From a virus (lineage: Duplodnaviria > Caudoviricetes): a DNA stretch of 64,000 nucleotides. The translations under genes were made by a program, and so were the position numbers. The stretch spans positions 89,698-153,697 of the IMG/VR virus record IMGVR_UViG_2872477547_000003; one strand, written 5' to 3'. A model generated the notes under the pieces. It saw only the letters and a list, made by a program, of their open reading frames with translations, did no database searches and was not told the DNA's origin. Positions 42,164 to 50,871 of the stretch are shown piece by piece. Positions within the stretch are counted from its first letter, which is position 1, and every line of letters begins with the position of its first letter.

Positions 42164-42586
42164 ATGGACAAATGCTTTGAGTGGTGGGGAGTTACTCTGA
42201 CTGGAAATCAGAAAACCGTAAAAGCTTTAAGTGAGCTCATGGACATCAACAAAACACTGTTCGAGAACCTCTACAAAGTACAAACAGATACAATTGAAGA
42301 GCTCGTAAACAAACTATATGAACAGGTTCCTGGCTATGAGAAGAAGTTCTTAAAGTATGTCAATGAGCAGCTACCTAATCTGAAGAGGTACTTACAAGTT
42401 GAACTACCCTATAGTGCTCAACTAATATCGAGCATTGAATATGAAATATACATATCCAGTGCTGAAATTGATTGTGAATACCCCTTTGATGCTAGAGGTT
42501 GCATTATTACTTTCTTTCAACGGGCACCAGCAATAATTGATTTATATAAGGAGGGATTAAGTGCAGAACAAATTAACCTGGTTTGA
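42164..42586 (+). CDS. hypothetical phage protein
   Basis: 140-aa ORF. Confidence 0.7.
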   Translation: MDKCFEWWGVTLTGNQKTVKALSELMDINKTLFENLYKVQTDTIEELVNKLYEQVPGYEKKFLKYVNEQLPNLKRYLQVELPYSAQLISSIEYEIYISSAEIDCEYPFDARGCIITFFQRAPAIIDLYKEGLSAEQINLV

Positions 42587-42983
42587 TTTAAATCATAGAA
42601 CTGATTCAGAGTCTAAAATTAGCTGTTGTTTACTGCGACTGTTTGACCTTATGAAAGAGAGCTTGCACATATACTTCAGTATAAAGAATCCTAAAGATAT
42701 TTATGATTGTTTGTCCCAGGCTAAAAGACAAAGCAAGGATAACCTTTTTGTTGAATGGTTTTTAAATAAAGGAATTCCTAAATTAAGGAGTATTGACTTA
42801 AACAACTTGCCAAAAGATGACCGTTTTCTTGCAATGTTGGAACTTGATGAGTATTTCTTAAAAAGCGAAATGGACTTTGCAGATCCAGAGGAAATAAGAA
42901 GCTGCATAATTTCGTTTGTGAATAGTCTTCAACAATACATCGACCTAAGTAAGGAGGAGTTAAATGAAGAATGCAGAGTTTAA
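42561..42983 (+). CDS. hypothetical phage protein
   Basis: 140-aa ORF with GGAGG RBS. Confidence 0.7.
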   Translation: MQNKLTWFDLNHRTDSESKISCCLLRLFDLMKESLHIYFSIKNPKDIYDCLSQAKRQSKDNLFVEWFLNKGIPKLRSIDLNNLPKDDRFLAMLELDEYFLKSEMDFADPEEIRSCIISFVNSLQQYIDLSKEELNEECRV

Positions 42984-43509
42984 CATAACAAGTTTCCTAG
43001 AGGAATATAAACGAGGGGACGAGATACGAAGAGATTTCATCATTCATGAAGGCTACACAGCTATCGAAGAAATCATTAAAGAAGTTAATCAAAGAGGATC
43101 ACTAAATGAGGCTGATATTTATTATGGAACACCTAAACCTCAACTTAGTTTCTCGGACGTAGAATTAGGCTATATGCTTACTTCAATGATGGAATATGCG
43201 ACAAATCATGTAGGAAACCCAGTTGATGAGGAATGTGAATTTGAAAATAAGCTGGCTTATTTTGAGTATAAGAACGAGATTGTTCAAATTTTTGAAGTGT
43301 ATGGCCAAGGTACTAAAAGCTGGTTTTCCAAACCAAGTGACGATACCATCGATAAATTGAATAACACAGCTTACGGAGTGTATTTGATCCAGTTCGATGA
43401 TTTCATTAATTACACTAAAAATAATGATAGTAAGAGTGAAAAGCTGTCCCCAAGCAGCACGATCTTAAATGACATTACCGGTGGTTACACAGTCGAAAGA
43501 GGTTCTTAG
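42964..43509 (+). CDS. hypothetical phage protein
   Basis: 181-aa ORF with AAGGAGG RBS. Confidence 0.75.
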   Translation: MKNAEFNITSFLEEYKRGDEIRRDFIIHEGYTAIEEIIKEVNQRGSLNEADIYYGTPKPQLSFSDVELGYMLTSMMEYATNHVGNPVDEECEFENKLAYFEYKNEIVQIFEVYGQGTKSWFSKPSDDTIDKLNNTAYGVYLIQFDDFINYTKNNDSKSEKLSPSSTILNDITGGYTVERGS

Positions 43510-43895
43510 TAGATGATTGTAACAGCTTGGATTTTGTTGATAATGTTTGGCTTATTCGCTTTATCAGATTTGAACTTAACTGAGGATGAAACAAAGCATA
43601 TCAAATTCTTCATAATAATGAAATTTGTTTCTGTCTTTATAGCTGCTATAGCTGCAGGAGTAATTTGGGGAGGGTTATTTCAATGAAAAGAGATAAACAT
43701 GAACTTTCAGAGGATGTAAGCAGCGACTGCAAGATTAAATCTTCAAAGATAAAGTGGGTAAAACCAATAAAGATAAGCCAACATCAGAAGGAAATATTTC
43801 ATGAATGGACTAATTATGAGCCAATTGAGTTGAGTCAAACAACTAAATAAAATCGGTCTTTTATTTAGAATAAAAATAAAATTAGTGGAGGTATT

Positions 43896-44108
43896 ATGTG
43901 TAATCGAAATGTTATTACAATTCCATATGAAGAGGATATGTCAAAGTATTCAATACTACACCAGGTAGGGGGGCGAATTGAGTATTTTCAAAAAGAGTAT
44001 TCACAATATCCAATGTTCGCATTTGATAGTGAAGAGGATTACAACGAATATAAATGCTTAATAATGCAGCTTAAAAAGAATAAAAAAGTCTCTAGTTTCT
44101 CTTTTTAA
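43896..44108 (+). CDS. YotJ-like protein
   Basis: 70 aa. Synteny. Confidence 0.6.
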   Translation: MCNRNVITIPYEEDMSKYSILHQVGGRIEYFQKEYSQYPMFAFDSEEDYNEYKCLIMQLKKNKKVSSFSF

Positions 44109-44191
44109 AAGAGTAGGGTATTGCAAACAACAGTTTAATATGCAAAAAGAAATGAACTAAATATTGCACATATGGGAAAGAGGCGAGAAAA

Positions 44192-44377
44192 ATTAACGAG
44201 GCTTATCATTCAATTCAAACACTGTTAAACAAGATGGATAGACAAATGAAGACAGTGAAGGAGGCCATTGAAGAAAAAGATTTGCAAAGAGCACATCGTA
44301 ACTTAATTAACTTGGCTGACAATAATGAGGAATTAATGCAGGAAATAAGGTGGGTCAAAAAGGGAACCATATTATAA
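44192..44377 (+). CDS. YotK-like protein with ATT start (61 aa, not in the track)
   Basis: AAAGAGG RBS, then ATT-NEAYHSIQT...KGTIL. Confidence 0.55.
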   Translation: MNEAYHSIQTLLNKMDRQMKTVKEAIEEKDLQRAHRNLINLADNNEELMQEIRWVKKGTIL

Positions 44378-44378
44378 G

Positions 44379-44660
44379 TTATTTGGTTAATTGTCTGCGC
44401 TCTTTAAAGTTCCATACATAAAGCTCTTCTATAGAGCAACCTATGGCATCAGCAAATGTCATTGCTGTTCCAATATTCATATTTGATTTAAAACCACCTA
44501 CATAATCATTAATACGTTGTTTTGATAATCCAGTACGTTCAACAAGATCTTCAATTGAAACGCTATATTCATGCATGAGCTCATTGAGTCTTGAATCAAC
44601 TGGTTTCCATTGTTTTTTCACTATGCACACCTCTTTCAGCAACGATTTTAGCACATACAT
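44379..44660 (-). CDS. XRE-family HTH regulator (YotL-like)
   Basis: SIEDLVERTGLSKQRINDY...FADAIGCSIEELY. Confidence 0.8.
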   Translation of the reverse strand: MYVLKSLLKEVCIVKKQWKPVDSRLNELMHEYSVSIEDLVERTGLSKQRINDYVGGFKSNMNIGTAMTFADAIGCSIEELYVWNFKERRQLTK

Positions 44661-44695
44661 AATTTACCTTCAATATAGATTAGGAGAGTGATTGA

Positions 44696-45295
44696 TTGGG
44701 AGCAAACAATCAAGGGAAAGTTTTTGAAGCGAACATTGAAAAATCAGCAGCAGATCAGAAGCTGTTCTTTTACCGGATTAAAGATGTTAATCCAATGTTC
44801 TTGAAAAGAGGGGCAGCAGTATCAAAAAACAAATATGACTGTTTCTTGCATTTTAACGGATACTTGTTCCCCTTTGAGCTTAAGTCGACAAAGAACAAGT
44901 CCATTTCCTTCAGTGAGAAGATCATAAAAGGGCAGCAGATTAAACATTTAAAAGAGGCAGCACAATACCCAAATATAATTCCTGGTTTCCTGTTTCAATT
45001 TAGAGAGCCAGAGAACAAGGTTTATTTCGTACATATTGATGATTTCCTTACATATAAGAACATAGCAGAAAAACAGTTGGAACATACATATAAGAATAAA
45101 GTTAACAAGTCCAGTATCCCGATAGCAATTTGTGAAGAGATCGGTACAGAAGTGCGCTGGATGAAAAAGAAAGTGAATTATACATATTATCTAAACAAAC
45201 TTTGCGATGAATTGATAAAGAAATCCAAGTTATTGGACAACCCACTTAATTCATACATTGATGACAAGTCATCTATGGGAGTGGTGCATCAATGA
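44696..45295 (+). CDS. yotM: RecU-like Holliday junction resolvase
   Basis: GKVFE, YDC, FELKST and QIKHL motifs. Confidence 0.85.
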   Translation: MGANNQGKVFEANIEKSAADQKLFFYRIKDVNPMFLKRGAAVSKNKYDCFLHFNGYLFPFELKSTKNKSISFSEKIIKGQQIKHLKEAAQYPNIIPGFLFQFREPENKVYFVHIDDFLTYKNIAEKQLEHTYKNKVNKSSIPIAICEEIGTEVRWMKKKVNYTYYLNKLCDELIKKSKLLDNPLNSYIDDKSSMGVVHQ

Positions 45296-45438
45296 GCAAA
45301 AGAAGAGAATGCGCAGAAAACTATAAGGTAACCACAGTCATTAATAAGGATGTAGAAAATTGGGTTGAGGAGGTGATATCAACTAAAGAATTTTATGATT
45401 TTGCAGCTACATTAATGTACAAGTATAAAAAAGCATAA
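45292..45438 (+). CDS. 48-aa candidate recombination directionality factor (SprB/YotN slot; not in the track)
   Basis: ATGA overlap with yotM and immediately upstream of the serine recombinase. Function inferred from position only. Confidence 0.5.
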   Translation: MSKRRECAENYKVTTVINKDVENWVEEVISTKEFYDFAATLMYKYKKA

Positions 45439-45526
45439 GGTGAAACAAGTATACCTGTTTTTCCCATGGTATACTTGTGCTTATATACAGACATAAAAGA
45501 TAAAGCAATATGGAGGTTATGATCTA

Positions 45527-47227
45527 TTGCTTATATTAAAGGGAGATCAAAAGCTAAGTACGGACAATATAATGCATTTGATTGGCAAAATTAATGCATT
45601 GATTTATGCCAGAGTATCAACAACAGATCAAGCTAATAAGGGTTTTTCAATTGAGTCACAAATAGAAAGGTGTAAAGAAAGAGCAATCTCTAAATTTGGA
45701 TACAAGGAAAGCGAAATAATTGCGTTAGTTGAACCGGGGGGCATGGGAGATGATCCAAACCGGCCAGCTCTTAATCACGCATTATATTTATTAGAAAAAG
45801 GACTAGGAAAAAAATTCATTGTATTACACCCAGATCGTCTAACTAGAGATAACACCTTACAGGGTGTGGTATCAAGAAGAATATGGGGTATGGGTGTTGA
45901 TATCGAGTTTATTGAATTTGAAGTAAATCCTCATGATCCTGAATCAATGCTGATGTACAACATTCAAGGTTCAATTGCACAGTACAATAAGGCGAAAATT
46001 CATGCTAACTCAAAGCGAGGAAGATTGGCTAAAGCAAAGAAAGGTGAATTTCCTTCATTTAAAAGGTTGTATGGGTACAAATTTAATACAGTGACAGATC
46101 TTCCTGAGTATAACGAAGAAGAAAAAGAAATTTTGCTTGAAATGAAGGATATGCTCTTAAACAAAAAAATGTCCTCGAATGAAATTGCTAAAGAACTTTC
46201 AAGAAGGGGAGTTGCTGCTCCTAACGGAAAGACTTGGTATCAGGCAACTGTAAGTAGAATGTTGCAGAATGAAGATTACACAGGTGATTTTTATTATGGA
46301 AAGTCAAAAGTTGTTCAAATTAACGGTAAGAAGAAACAGGTGCCGACAAACAAAGACGAATGGATATTGATAAAGATTCCTCCAATGTGGGATAAAGCTA
46401 CACGAGAGCAAATCATTGAGCGATTGAAGAGCAACTTTAAGGGAAGAAGTCGAGCTACTAAAGACTATTTGCTGAAAAACAAGGCGAAATGCGGCCGTTG
46501 TGGAGGGGCATGTGGCTCAGGAATAACTTCTAAAACTAAATCAGGCGTATATAAGTATTATTCTTGTAGAGCAAAGACTGCAAAAGGATATCAAAATGGC
46601 AAGAAAGTTGTTTCATGTGAAGGTAAGAACTGGAGAGTCGATATCGTTGATGAAGTTTTTTGGAACTGGTTTATAAAACTCATGAAGAATCCAGAGAAAT
46701 TTCTAGAATCATTTTTAGAGGAAGCGTCTGATCAAAAGAAAATCGATGAACTCAAAGCAAAAGCAAATCGACTAGAAAAACAACTCGGTGAGATAGATGA
46801 AGAAATTGCAAATTATGTAATTCTTTTCGGGAAAGGGAAAATTAAAGAAAGTATGTTCGACCAACTGTCTCAGCCATTGGAACAGAACAAAGAGCATATT
46901 GAGAATGAGATTAAAATAATTAATTCACAATTGGCTGCAAATAAACAAACTGAAGACAAAAAACAAAAAATGATCGAGTATATTGGCTCGTTCTCTAAAA
47001 TGATTAAAAATGAAATTACAATAGAAGAAAAACGGCAATTCCTTGATTTCTTCATTGAAAAAGTAACTCTGTTTGATGATGATCACATGGAAGTTGTATG
47101 GAAAAGTTCTTCACTTAATAATGAAAACAGCCATGTGGATTTTCTTAACGGCGAGCAGGGAGGGGAGTTTATAAACTCGCATAAAAGACTAAACCATATT
47201 CAAGCATATGGAAGACAAACAGCATGA
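45527..47227 (+). CDS. large serine recombinase (prophage integrase)
   Basis: YARVST catalytic Ser, DRLTR, recombinase domain, CGRCGG...YYSC zinc ribbon and coiled coil. Confidence 0.95.
   Translation: MLILKGDQKLSTDNIMHLIGKINALIYARVSTTDQANKGFSIESQIERCKERAISKFGYKESEIIALVEPGGMGDDPNRPALNHALYLLEKGLGKKFIVLHPDRLTRDNTLQGVVSRRIWGMGVDIEFIEFEVNPHDPESMLMYNIQGSIAQYNKAKIHANSKRGRLAKAKKGEFPSFKRLYGYKFNTVTDLPEYNEEEKEILLEMKDMLLNKKMSSNEIAKELSRRGVAAPNGKTWYQATVSRMLQNEDYTGDFYYGKSKVVQINGKKKQVPTNKDEWILIKIPPMWDKATREQIIERLKSNFKGRSRATKDYLLKNKAKCGRCGGACGSGITSKTKSGVYKYYSCRAKTAKGYQNGKKVVSCEGKNWRVDIVDEVFWNWFIKLMKNPEKFLESFLEEASDQKKIDELKAKANRLEKQLGEIDEEIANYVILFGKGKIKESMFDQLSQPLEQNKEHIENEIKIINSQLAANKQTEDKKQKMIEYIGSFSKMIKNEITIEEKRQFLDFFIEKVTLFDDDHMEVVWKSSSLNNENSHVDFLNGEQGGEFINSHKRLNHIQAYGRQTA
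47170..47225. other. prophage-host att junction (crossover approx. 47195-47203)
   Basis: Host spoVK frame (AAG CAT ATG GAA GAC = KHMED) resumes at ~47202. Exact crossover not determinable without the other end. Confidence 0.7.
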
Positions 47228-47618
47228 GTTTATTTTGATACTCGCTGGATATTCACGGGAAATGGATCATTTTCTCTCGTTAAATCCCGGTCTCCAATCA
47301 AGATTTCCCATCTCCATTGATTTTCCGGATTACTCTGTGACCCAGCTCATGGAGATTGCGAAACGAATGATCGATGAAAGGGAATACCAGCTCAGTCAAG
47401 AAGCGGAATGGAAATTGAAAGATTACTTAATGACAGTGAAAAGCACGACAAGCCCCATTAAATTCAGCAATGGACGTTTTGTCAGAAATGTGATCGAAAA
47501 ATCGATCAGAGCACAAGCCATGAGGCTTTTAATGGGAGACCAATACTTAAAAAGCGACTTGATGACCATCAAAAGCCAAGATCTTTCCATTAAAGAAGAA
47601 GCATCTGGATCTGCATAG
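47202..47618 (+). pseudogene. spoVK: 3' half of prophage-interrupted spoVK (AAA+ ATPase)
   Basis: MEDKQHEFILILAGY...NPGLQSRF...SNGRFVRN. The Walker A/B half is missing. Syntenic upstream of hflX. Confidence 0.93.
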
Positions 47619-47648
47619 ACCTCTCAGTTTTTGAGAGGTCTGTTTTTT
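47617..47648 (+). terminator. intrinsic terminator after spoVK
   Basis: AGACCTCTC/GAGAGGTCT stem followed by a T-tract. Confidence 0.8.
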
Positions 47649-47750
47649 GCTCGTATTTCCGCTTTTCAAAGCAATCGATTTGTGGTATACACATGCAGGG
47701 TTTGGTATGATAATACTACTGCCCAATATGCAAAAGAAAGGAACATCCAT

Positions 47751-49013
47751 TTGAACGAACAAGAAACGATTCAGGAGAAAGCCATTTTAGTCGGATGTCA
47801 GCTGCCGCATATCACGGATGAGCATTTTGAAAATTCTATGGAAGAGCTAGCATCTCTGACGAAAACAGCAGACGGAAAAGTACTGACCAGCGTCACACAA
47901 AAACGGAACAGGGCTGACGCCGCTACATATATAGGAAAAGGGAAGGTAGAAGAGCTGAAGGCACTGGTGGAAGAGCTTGAAGCTGATCTCCTCATCTTTA
48001 ATGATGAACTGTCGCCAAGTCAGCTGAAGTCATTGGCAACAGCAATTGAAGTGAAGATGATTGACCGCACGCAATTGATATTAGATATTTTTGCAAAGCG
48101 GGCGAGAACGAGAGAAGGCAAACTTCAAATTGAGCTGGCTCAGCTGCAATATGCACTGCCGCGTCTGACGGGACAAGGGATCAACCTTTCCCGGCAAGGC
48201 GGAGGAATTGGGGCAAGAGGTCCCGGGGAAACGAAACTGGAAACCGACCGCCGCCATATCAGAAATCGCATTCATGAAATCAACACACAGCTTTCCACTG
48301 TCATTCGCCATAGAAGCCGATACCGTGAAAGAAGAAAGAAAAACGGTGTGCTTCAAATTGCGCTTGTCGGCTATACAAACGCAGGGAAATCAACATGGTT
48401 CAACCGCCTGACGAGTGCTGACAGCTATGAAGAAGACCTCCTGTTTGCCACGCTCGATCCAATGACCAGAAAAATGGTCCTGCCAAGCGGCTACAGTGTT
48501 CTTCTTTCAGATACAGTAGGATTTATTCAGGATCTTCCGACGACATTGATTGCTGCATTCCGCTCAACGCTTGAGGAAGTAAAAGAAGCGGATTTGATCC
48601 TGCATTTAATTGATTCTTCAAATAAGGATTATGCGGGACATGAAAAAACAGTGCTTGGGCTTCTCGAGGAGCTTGAAGCAGATGATATCCCGATGCTGAC
48701 GGCTTACAATAAACGTGATCAAAAACTGCCTGATTTTATACCGTCCGCCGGAAGGGATCACATTATGGTCAGTGCGAAATTTGAGGACGACGCTGCAGCC
48801 TTTAAAGAAGCGATTCAGCGCTATTTGCGCCAAGAACTGTTAACGTCTTTTGAAGCACATGTGCCGGCAAGTGAAGGGAAGCTCCTTTCCAGAATCAAAT
48901 CGGAAACGATGGTAGACCGCTTCTATTTTAATGAAGAAAATGAACAGTATGACATATCCGGCTATGTCCAAGAAGAGCAAAGTATCATCGGTGAATTAAA
49001 GAAGTATATGTAG
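47751..49013 (+). CDS. hflX: GTPase HflX
   Basis: [20 protein letters not shown] and NKRD motifs. TTG start at 47751. Confidence 0.96.
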   Translation: MNEQETIQEKAILVGCQLPHITDEHFENSMEELASLTKTADGKVLTSVTQKRNRADAATYIGKGKVEELKALVEELEADLLIFNDELSPSQLKSLATAIEVKMIDRTQLILDIFAKRARTREGKLQIELAQLQYALPRLTGQGINLSRQGGGIGARGPGETKLETDRRHIRNRIHEINTQLSTVIRHRSRYRERRKKNGVLQIALVGYTNAGKSTWFNRLTSADSYEEDLLFATLDPMTRKMVLPSGYSVLLSDTVGFIQDLPTTLIAAFRSTLEEVKEADLILHLIDSSNKDYAGHEKTVLGLLEELEADDIPMLTAYNKRDQKLPDFIPSAGRDHIMVSAKFEDDAAAFKEAIQRYLRQELLTSFEAHVPASEGKLLSRIKSETMVDRFYFNEENEQYDISGYVQEEQSIIGELKKYM

Positions 49014-49030
49014 GAAGGAAATATAAAGAC

Positions 49031-50296
49031 ATGTTTGACACATTAACACACGGAGAATTATTGAAGAAAACGGCAGTGGAAGTGGAAGCGGACATTGCCG
49101 GCATTCATAAACAAATAGAAGAAATCAGCGAGCGAAATGAGTGGAGAGTGCTTCAAAGCTATAGAAAACACAAAGTAAGCGACACTCATTTCACGCCGTC
49201 TACTGGATACGGCTATGATGATATCGGAAGAGACACGCTTGAAAGCATATATGCGGATGTGTTTGGCGGAGAAGCGGGGCTTGTAAGGCCGCAAATCATT
49301 TCAGGCACACATGCCATCTCAATTGCTTTGTTCGGTGTCCTCAGACCGGGGGACGAGCTCCTTTATATCACGGGCAAGCCGTATGATACGCTAGAGGAAA
49401 TTGTGGGCGTCAGGGGTGGAGAAAACGCTGGATCGCTAAAGGATTTTCAAATCGGCTATAATGCGGTTGATCTGACGAAAGACGGAAAGATAGACTATGA
49501 TGCAGTCGCCGCTGCGATCAATCCGAAAACCAAAGTAATCGGCATTCAGCGCTCAAAAGGATATGCGAATCGCCCTTCTTTCTTAATTAGTGAAATAAAA
49601 GAAATGATACGTTTTGTAAAAGAAATCAATGAAAACCTGATCGTCTTTGTGGATAACTGTTACGGAGAATTTGTGGAAGAGCTTGAGCCTTGCCATGTCG
49701 GAGCCGATCTGATGGCGGGATCTCTCATTAAAAATCCCGGCGGCGGCCTTGCGAAAACAGGCGGCTACCTCGTCGGAAAAGCGAAATGGATTGAAGCTTG
49801 CTCATACCGTATGACGTCACCAGGCATCGGCAGAGAAGCGGGGGCATCTCTTTACTCGCTCCAAGAAATGTACCAAGGCTTCTTTTTGGCGCCTCACGTT
49901 GTGTCTCAAAGTTTAAAGGGAGCGGTGTTTACAGCGAGATTCCTTGAAAAACTGGGCTTCACTTCAAACCCGAAATGGGATGCGAAAAGAACGGATTTGA
50001 TACAATCCGTTGAGTTTTCTGACAGAGAAAAGATGATTGCTTTTTGCCAGGCTATTCAATACGCATCGCCAATCAATGCTCATGTGACGCCTTATCCAGC
50101 CTACATGCCGGGATACGAAGATGATGTCATTATGGCAGCAGGCACGTTTATTCAAGGAGCAAGCATCGAATTATCAGCTGATGGCCCTATCCGCCCGCCG
50201 TATGTAGCGTATGTTCAGGGAGGATTAACCTATTCGCATGTGAAGAATGCCATATGCAGTGCAGTGGATTCATTGATGGAAAAGCAATTAATTTAA
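49031..50296 (+). CDS. ynbB: PLP-dependent C-S lyase family (aluminium-resistance family) protein
   Basis: GYGYDDIGR, SGTHA, DNCYGE and GSLIKNPGGG. Syntenic between hflX and glnR. Confidence 0.92.
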   Translation: MFDTLTHGELLKKTAVEVEADIAGIHKQIEEISERNEWRVLQSYRKHKVSDTHFTPSTGYGYDDIGRDTLESIYADVFGGEAGLVRPQIISGTHAISIALFGVLRPGDELLYITGKPYDTLEEIVGVRGGENAGSLKDFQIGYNAVDLTKDGKIDYDAVAAAINPKTKVIGIQRSKGYANRPSFLISEIKEMIRFVKEINENLIVFVDNCYGEFVEELEPCHVGADLMAGSLIKNPGGGLAKTGGYLVGKAKWIEACSYRMTSPGIGREAGASLYSLQEMYQGFFLAPHVVSQSLKGAVFTARFLEKLGFTSNPKWDAKRTDLIQSVEFSDREKMIAFCQAIQYASPINAHVTPYPAYMPGYEDDVIMAAGTFIQGASIELSADGPIRPPYVAYVQGGLTYSHVKNAICSAVDSLMEKQLI

Positions 50297-50323
50297 ATTT
50301 TTTAAAAATTTCTCTGGATTTGA

Positions 50324-50374
50324 TGTTAAGAATCCTTACATCGTATTGACACATAATATAACATCACCTATAAT
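50324..50374 (+). promoter_or_regulatory. glnRA promoter with two GlnR/TnrA operators
   Basis: TGTTAAGAATCCTTACA at 50324 and TGACACATAATATAACA at 50347. TTGACA-17 nt-TATAAT. Confidence 0.92.
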
Positions 50375-50405
50375 GAAACTAAGTTAAGAAAAGGAGGAAA
50401 TTGAG

Positions 50406-50813
50406 ATGAGTGATAATATTCGCCGCTCAATGCCTTTATTTCCAATAGGAATTGTCATGCAGTTAACTGAGTTATCAGCAAGACAAATTCGATATTATGA
50501 GGAAAATGGACTGATATTTCCAGCCAGAAGTGAAGGAAATAGACGATTATTTTCATTTCATGATGTAGATAAACTGTTAGAAATCAAGCACCTGATAGAA
50601 CAAGGTGTAAACATGGCAGGAATTAAACAGATTCTGGCGAAAGCCGAAGCCGAGCCAGAACAAAAACAAAACGAGAAGACGAAAAAACCAATGAAACATG
50701 ATCTGTCCGATGACGAACTGAGACAGCTCCTGAAAAACGAGCTCATGCAAGCCGGCCGTTTTCAAAGAGGGAATACATTCCGTCAAGGCGACATGTCCCG
50801 CTTCTTTCATTAA
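50406..50813 (+). CDS. glnR: MerR-family repressor GlnR
   Basis: [22 protein letters not shown]. Upstream of glnA. Confidence 0.97.
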
Positions 50814-50871
50814 TCCGTTAGCAACTGTTTTGCTATATACATTTACCTTTTAAGAGGAGGAATTTTACCAA

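Larger units (their letters stand above)
746..43869. repeat. dispersed intergenic 11-6-11 palindromic sites, core TAAAA-N6-TTTTA
   Basis: Perfect cores start at 752, 1193, 2772, 5623, 6055, 9742, 21413, 22217, 22460, 23837, 24952, 26586, 26962, 28033, 35771, 38707, 40034, 41755 and 43848. Degenerate copies at 3335, 12247, 34417 and 41984. Confidence 0.9.
10526..43882 (+). repeat. dispersed 16-mer AGAATAAAAATAAAAT (probable repressor operator, SPBRE-like)
   Basis: Perfect copies at 10526, 19368, 19716, 23555, 23816, 38686 and 43867. One-mismatch copies at 28 and 10965. Two copies sit directly upstream of sigmaA -35 boxes. Confidence 0.75.
1..47200. mobile_element. SPbeta-family temperate prophage (right-hand part) integrated in spoVK
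   Basis: Gene order ligB-yoqW-pghZ-yorA...nrdIEF-dut...sspC-yotB...yotM matches SPbeta. AT-rich DNA ends at a serine recombinase abutting the 3' half of host spoVK. Confidence 0.95.

Noticed and set aside
746-43869. Palindromic repeats as a CRISPR array
   Set aside because: Copies are dispersed hundreds to thousands of bases apart with whole genes between them. No regular spacers and no cas operon.
746-43869. Palindromes as ordinary intrinsic terminators
   Set aside because: The stems are almost purely A-T with a fixed 6-nt centre and sit inside co-directional gene runs just before RBSs. Real terminators in the window have GC stems.
47208-47618. 136-aa ORF as an independent gene
   Set aside because: It is the C-terminal half of SpoVK starting at an internal Met, with no clear RBS.
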